Assembly: GCA_032718475.1 (NCBI GenBank) | Contig: JAUCBJ010006448.1 | Span: 1 to 39,749, forward strand | DNA from: Nemertoderma westbladi | Taxonomy: Eukaryota > Animalia > Xenacoelomorpha | Direction: 5' to 3' | Length of the DNA: 39,749 nt | Notes under the pieces: generated by a model | The model's database searches: none | What the model was told of the DNA's origin: nothing | What the model saw: only the letters and a program-made list of their open reading frames with translations | Shown here: piece by piece, positions 33,399-39,749 of the stretch | Layout: each line of letters begins with the position of its first letter | Numbering within the stretch: position 1 is the stretch's first letter | Translations under genes and position numbers: made by a program

Positions 33399-36300
33399 AA
33401 TCCTCTCCAAGCTAAATTAGTTTGTATAATACACGAATCCTCTCCAAGCTATATTAGTTTGTATAATACGCGAATCCTCTCCAAGCTAAATTAGTTTGTA
33501 TAATACGCGAATCCTCTCCAAGCTAAATTAGTTTGTATAATACGCGAATCCTCTCCAAGCTAAATTAGTTTGTATAATACGCGAATCCTCTCCAAGCTAA
33601 ATTAGTTTGTATAATACGCGAATCCTCTCCAAGCTAAATTAGTTTGTATAATACACGAATCCTCTCCAAGCTAAATTAGTTTGTATAATACGCGAATCCT
33701 CTCCAAGCTAAATTAGTTGGTATAATACGCGAATCCTCTCCAAGCTAAATTAGTTTGTATAATACGCGAATCTCCTCCAAGCTAAATTAGTTTGTATAAT
33801 ACGCGAATCCTCTCCAAGCTAAATTAGTTTGTATAATACGCGAATCCTCTCCAAGCTAAATTAGTTTGTATAATACGCGAATCCTCTCCAAGCTAAATTA
33901 GTTTGTATAATACGCGAATCCTCTCCAAGCTAAATTAGTTTGTATAATACACGAATCCTCTCCAAGCTAAATTAGTTTGTATAATACGCGAATCCTCTCC
34001 AAGCTATAATAGTTTGTATAATACACGAATCCTCTCCAAGCTATATTAGTTTGTATAATACGCGAATCCTCTCCAAGCTAAATTAGTTTGTATAATACGC
34101 GAATCCTCTCCAAGCTAAATTAGTTTGTATAATACACGAATCATCTCCAAGCTAAATTAGTTTGTATAATACGCGAATCCTCTCCAAGCTAAATTAGTTG
34201 GTATAATACGCGAATCCTCTCCAAGCTATATTAGTTTGTATAATACGCGAATCCTCTCCAAGCTAAATTAGTTTGTATAATACGCGAATCCTCTCCAAGC
34301 TAAATTAGTTTGTATAATACGCGAATCCTCTCCAAGCTAAATTAGTTTGTATAATACGCGAATCCTCTCCAAGCTATATTAGTTTGTATAATACGCGAAT
34401 CCTCTCGAAGCTAAATTAGTTTGTATAATACACGAATCCTCTCCAAGCTATATTAGTTTGTATAATACGCGAATCCTCTCCAAGCTAAATTAGTTTGTAT
34501 AATACGCGAATCCTCTCCAAGCTAAATTAGTTTGTATAATACGCGAATCCTCTCCAAGCTAAATTAGTTTGTATAATACGCGAATCCTCTCCAAGCTATA
34601 TTAGTTTGTATAATACGCGAATCCTCTCCAAGCTATATTAGTTTGTATAATACGCGAATCCTCTCCAAGCTAAATTAGTTTGTATAATACGCGAATCCTC
34701 TCCAAGCTAAATTAGTTTGTATAATACGCGAATCCTCTCCAAGCTAAATTAGTTTGTATAATACGCGAATCCTCTCCAAGCTATATTAGTTTGTATAATA
34801 CGCGAATCCTCTCCAAGCTAAATTAGTTTGTATAATACGCGAATCCTCTCGAAGCTAAATTAGTTTGTATAATACACGAATCCTCTCCAAGCTAAATTAG
34901 TTTGTATAATACGCGAATCCTCTCCAAGCTAAATTAGTTTGTATAATACACGAATCCTCTCCAAGCTAAATTAGTTTGTATATTACACGAATCCTCTCCA
35001 AGCTAAATTAGTTTGTATAATACACGAATCCTCTCCAAGCTAAATTAGTTTGTATAATACACGAATCCTCTCCAAGCTAAATTAGTTGGTATAATACACG
35101 AATCCTCTCCAAGCTATATTAGTTTGTATAATACGCGAATCCTCTCCAAGCTATATTAGTTTGTATAATACGCGAATCCTCTTCAAGCTAAATTAGTTTG
35201 TATAATACGCGAATCCTCTCCAAGCTAAATTAGTTTGTATAATACGCGAATCCTCTCCAAGCTAAATTAGTTTGTATAATACGCGAATCCTCTCCAAGCT
35301 AAATTAGTTTGTATAATACGCGAATCCTCTCCAAGCTAAATTAGTTTGTATAATACACGAATCCTCTCCAAGCTAAATTAGTTTGTATAATACGCGAATC
35401 CCCTCCAAGCTAAATTAGTTTGTATAATACGCGAATCCTCTCCAAGCTAAATTAGTTTGTATAATACGAGAATCCTCTCCAAGCTAAATTAGTTTGTATA
35501 ATACGCGAATCCTCTCCAAGCTAAATTAGTTGGTATAATACGCGAATCCTCTCCAAGCTAAACTAGTTTGTATAATACACGAATCCTCTCCAAGCTAAAT
35601 TAGTTTGTATAATACGCGAATCCTCTCCAAGCTAAATTAGTTTGTATAATACGCGAATCCTCTCCAAGCTAAATTAGTTTGTATAATACGCGAATCCCCT
35701 CCAAGCTAAATTAGTTTGTATAATACGCGAATCCTCTCCAAGCTAAATTAGTTTGTATAATACGCGAATCCTCTCCAAGCTAAATTAGTTTGTATAATAC
35801 GCGAATCCTCTCCAAGCTAAATTAGTTTGTATAATACGCGAATCCTCTCCGAGCTAAATTAGTTTGTATAATACGCAAATCCTCTCCAAGCTAAATTAGT
35901 TGGTATAATACGCGAATCCTCTCCAAGCTAAATTAGTTTGTATAATACACGAATCCTCTCCAAGCTAAATTAGTTTGTATAATACGCGAATCCTCTCCAA
36001 GCTAAATTAGTTTGTATAATACGCGAATCCTCTCCAAGCCAAATTAGTTTGTATAATACGCGAATCCTCTCCAAGCTAAATTAGTTTGTATAATACGCGA
36101 ATCCTCTCCAAGCTAAATTAGATTGTATAATACGCGAATCCTCTCCGAGCTAAATTAGTTTGTATAATACGCGAATCCTCTCCAAGCTAAATTAGTTGGT
36201 ATAATACGCGAATCCTCTCCAAGCTAAATTAGTTTGTATAATACACGAATCCTCTCCAAAATAAATTAGTTTGTATAATACGCGAATCCTCTCCAAGCTA

Positions 36301-36804
36301 AATTAGTTGGTATAATACGCGAATCCTCTCCAAGCTAAATTAGTTTGTATAATACACGAATCCTCTCCAAGCTAAATTAGTTTGTATAATACACGAATCC
36401 TCTCCAAGCTAAATTAGTTTGTATAATACGCGAATCCTCTCCAAGCTAAATTAGTTGGTATAATACGCGAATCCTCTCCAAGCTAAATTAGTTTGTATAA
36501 TACACGAATCCTCTCCAAGCTAAATTAGTTTGTATAATACACGAATCCTCTCCAAGCCAAATTAGTTGGTATAATACGCGAATCCTCTCCAAGCTAAATT
36601 AGTTTGTATAATACGCGAATCCTCTCCAAGCTAAATTAGTTTGTATAATACACGAATCCTCTCCAAGCTAAATTAGTTTGTATAATACACGAATCCTCTC
36701 CAAGCTAAATTAGTTTGTATAATACGCGAATCATCTCCAAGCTAAATTAGTTGGTATAATACGCGAATCCTCTTCAAGCTAAATTAGTTGGTATAATACG
36801 CGAA
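33399..36804 (+). repeat. 37-bp minisatellite, ~92 copies, in intron 7
   Basis: Unit AATCCTCTCCAAGCTAAATTAGTTTGTATAATAC(G/A)CG, head-to-tail without spacers. Confidence 0.98.
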
Positions 36805-36822
36805 CACGTTGTTTAATTACAG

Positions 36823-36912
36823 ACGATGCTAAATCCTCCTCAACCTGTAACGCCATCTAGTGGTAAAGATGGAAGGAAATCGCCTAGAACTAAAAGTGGA
36901 AAATCTAAGAAG
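36823..36912 (+). CDS. LRRC43: LRRC43-like exon 8 (Lys-rich)
   Basis: TTACAG acceptor. TMLNPPQPVTPSSGKDGRKSPRTKSGKSKK. AAG|GTAACA donor. Phases 0/0. Confidence 0.7.
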
Positions 36913-37180
36913 GTAACATTAATATTTACTAGATAATATACTGTGCGCGCGCACAAACATACATTAGGTATTACAGCACGTAGAACTATGGTTATACACC
37001 GAGTAAAACTTTATCTATTACATGAAGTTGTACATTTTAATTGTATGTTATTAGACATACCCAGCTATCCTGTAACGATTACACAAGGCCGACAATAGAA
37101 GCTATTATTACACTCCCCACCTAGCCTACGTTAAATTAAGCAATCAACAATGAAATAAATAATATTACCTTCAAATTCAG

Positions 37181-37304
37181 GAGGTTGTTCCCGAGAAACC
37201 AGCCAAAAAAGGCAAAAAGCCGACAACAGAAGATCTTGTCAGAAGTCAGCCGGATAGAGTTGTTCTAGGTACTTGTGATATGGATACGAATGAACTGTTA
37301 GAAG
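37181..37304 (+). CDS. LRRC43: LRRC43-like exon 9
   Basis: TTCAG acceptor. EVVPEKPAKKGKK...LVRSQPDRVVLGTCDMDTNELLE. AAG|GTAAGA donor. Confidence 0.8.
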
Positions 37305-37426
37305 GTAAGAAAGGAGTTAGAGTAGACATAATGTCGTCAGACGTCAGTAGGGCCTATGTAGGCATGTGTATAAGTAAGAAATTTCATTCAAAGATTTTCA
37401 ACAAGCTTTTGAAATCAACTTCCCCA

Positions 37427-37756
37427 CCGGGGTTGCCACTCTATTTCAGTTTCAATTTTCCCTGACATTTCCCTGACTTGAAAAAATTCCCCGACTGCAG
37501 GTAAATTACATTTTTATAGAAATAATTTGGATGAATAAAGGGTCTTCTTTCCCGCTAATTAAAATAATATCGAGATTACATTACCGGTAATCACCATATT
37601 ATTGTATTACAAAAACGGTTACATACTGTAGATATATATTTAGCGAGTAATTTAATGTCAAATTCCCTGACGTTTCCCTGTTTTATCCATTTTTTACAAG
37701 AATTCCCTGACATTTCAAGAAAAAATGGAATTCCCTGACTATTCCAGGTATTGGCG
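37427..37756. mobile_element. Decayed hAT-like MITE with repeated TTCCCTGAC subterminal motifs
   Basis: Starts CCGGGGTTGCCAC; at least 5 TTCCCTGAC copies. The right TIR and TSD are not resolved. Confidence 0.5.
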
Positions 37757-37948
37757 TTATTCCTTTTGTTCAACCGCAATTATTGTTTTGGTTGAAATAA
37801 CGTGCCACTGTAAGCTGCTCATAACCCACGGGGTCCCGGACCCCGTCGGAATTTCGAACTATCTCTAAATAAATTTATTTCAAATAAATAATACTCATTA
37901 AATCTACTATGTTTTTATTTATTACCTTATTTTGTTCTAAATATTTAG

Positions 37949-38095
37949 GTAAACAAACAATTCGTCTAGTGTGCCACTGTGGGGGCGGGGACTACATTCC
38001 AGGGACGGTGGTCTTAGACACAGAGCCACCCCATATAGAGACGGACAAAAAGGGAAAGAAAATAAAACCTAAAAAAACGCCGTCTGTTGTATCAG
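37949..38095 (+). CDS. LRRC43: LRRC43-like exon 10 (ends at a GC donor)
   Basis: TTTAG acceptor. KQTIRLVCHCGG...DKKGKKIKPKKTPSVVS. CAG|GCAAGT donor, phase 1. Confidence 0.75.
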
Positions 38096-38689
38096 GCAAG
38101 TTAAATAATTATCTACCACTAATTTAATTGATCAGTATAGTAAAAAGGAAAGTTGTTAGTTCAGTAAAAAAAAATTGAATGCTAATTCGATGTATTTAGC
38201 TCCATTTGAAGTTGCATTTTAGTGAAAAGGTTCAAGTTCAAAAAATTTATTCTTAAATTGTATTTTTTCGCTCGAATATTCCACAAAATCGGGAGAAAAT
38301 GTTTCACTTTTTCCTTAGGGAAAAAAACCTCGGCACTACATTGATTTTACTTCTTTCCCGGCGAAAAAGAAAATAAAATATTTTTGGTGGAATTTCTTAA
38401 ATTTTATTACATATGTTGAAAGAGCATAGAAGTAGAAATGATTTGCACGTAATTTGAGCAAAATCCATCAAGGCCATCAGCGACCTCCAAAAAGTTACGT
38501 AATAAATATTCGAGAACACTAAATTATTTAACATTGAATAAGGCAGCATCAGGAGTTGAATAGTACATTAATATGAATCGCAGTAACTATGGAAGCAATA
38601 TAGTAAAATACTGCAGTTCAATTTGTTTTGAAACAATATATAATTATATCATTAATAAAGAATTGAGCAACAATAAAGTACCAATTTAA

Positions 38690-38850
38690 GAATAAAATTA
38701 TGATTTACGTGGATAAAAACGTAGAACATTTTTTTTCAATATTATCTCGACCATTTATTTACCTCGGTGACGCTCGGTAAATAAAATGTCTCGAGAATAA
38801 TGAAAAATATGTGTAGTTCTAATTTTTCCCATGTACTAAATAATTATTTT
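38690..38850. repeat. Imperfect ~160-bp inverted repeat centred on CTCGGTGACGCTCGG
   Basis: TTTTTCAATATTATCTCGACCATTTATTTACC...GGTAAATAAAATGTCTCGAGAATAATGAAAAA. Confidence 0.7.
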
Positions 38851-38922
38851 AAATTTCTATTTAATTTCTAGATCTTATTAACTAAGTATGTAGGCCTATA
38901 TTGTTTTATTTATCTTTAACAG

Positions 38923-39104
38923 GAAAGAAAGATAAAAAATCAACTAAGAAGGATTCCACACGTACCGAAGAGGACAGACAATCGATCGAAGCGACACCAC
39001 CATCTCCGATAATCGTACTAATGGACTTTAACGTACTCAAGTGGTCGTCTACAAGCGAGTACCGGAAATATTGCAGAAAGTTAAAACCCAAATCTTTAAC
39101 ATAA
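38923..39104 (+). CDS. LRRC43: LRRC43-like exon 11 (terminal)
   Basis: TTTAACAG acceptor. GKKDKKSTKK...PPSPIIVLMDFNVLKWSSTSE...TAA. AATAAA immediately downstream and near 39172. Confidence 0.8.
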
Positions 39105-39406
39105 TAAACCCGATTTATTCTTATTGAGTTAGAATACCAGTTCCGAAACGCATCCTCAGTATTTGTCGATAAATAAATAATTCATTTTTAATTAATTTTA
39201 TTTAATAAAGACTATATCAACTATAATTCCCAGGGTTGATTGAATTTAAAATAATAAGTTCTAGAGAAAAATAGAACACTACCTAACAGACTCATATGTA
39301 AAGTTTGTAGACCATAATTAATAATATTAATTATAATAATATTGAATTACATTAATTGTGAAAATAGAAACCGGTGATTCACATTACCTACAATAATAAC
39401 AATATA

Positions 39407-39749
39407 CACTTTATAACCTGTAATATTGTGTAATTTTCTGATGACACGGACCCCCCCCCCCCCCCCCCCACACCCCCCAAAAAAAAAACATTTTCTACAA
39501 ATCTATAAATCGTTATCAAATTGCTTAAAATTTGAAACACAACTAGTTCAACTCACCGTGGTTGTTACCATGAAGCCGGAATTTTATATTTTGCGTTAGT
39601 TTTTTTTAGAAGCGTTTTAAAAAAAGTGTCTTTTGCGAAATCGCACCCTCCGTATCATTGCAATTCTTCAGATTAGCCGTAACTTTAGATAAATCATTAG
39701 AAAGCTTGCGTTGCAAGGATTCGAAATATGTAACAATATCTGAATTTCG
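39407..39749 (+). mobile_element. Left arm of another copy of the 24327-25241 foldback MITE, cut by the window end
   Basis: TTTTCTGATGACACGGACCCC...TTTGAAACACAACTAGTTCAACTCACCGTGGTTG...GTGTCTTTTGCGAAATCGCACCCTC. Confidence 0.9.

Noticed and set aside
33399-36804. 37-bp repeat as a CRISPR array
   Set aside because: Units are head-to-tail with no unique spacers, there are no cas genes, and it lies in a spliceosomal intron.
36850-36864. CTCF-like GCCATCTAGTGG in exon 8 (similar motifs near 16053 and 23617)
   Set aside because: Short motif matches, one explained by coding sequence; the host lineage and CTCF presence are unknown.

Overview
Eukaryotic (animal-like), AT-rich genomic DNA, with no evidence of prokaryotic features. 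The right 40% holds an 11-exon LRRC43-like ciliary gene (24122-39104, +, about 606 aa). It has an upstream RFX X-box plus forkhead site, one GC-AG intron, and introns filled by 64-bp, 38-bp and 37-bp minisatellites and MITEs. The left 60% is a dense transposon nest with one intact intronless orphan ORF (2044-3582: 11-aa PSTS repeats and two probable PH-like folds). The nest contains tRNA-derived SINEs, a TTAA-flanked non-autonomous piggyBac-type element splitting an RTE-LINE fragment, RTE, BEL/Pao and Gypsy remnants, and a near full-length decayed Gypsy element. The most striking object is a 4.9-kb element (6290-11199) with AGTAGT termini, a 6-bp TSD (ACCGTG) and very long inverted arms that include mirror-image (CACAGC)n/(GCTGTG)n arrays. 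It encloses only a decayed C2H2-zinc-finger/acidic gene and looks like a miniature non-autonomous Polinton/Maverick. All family calls come from reading motifs by eye, not from database searches.
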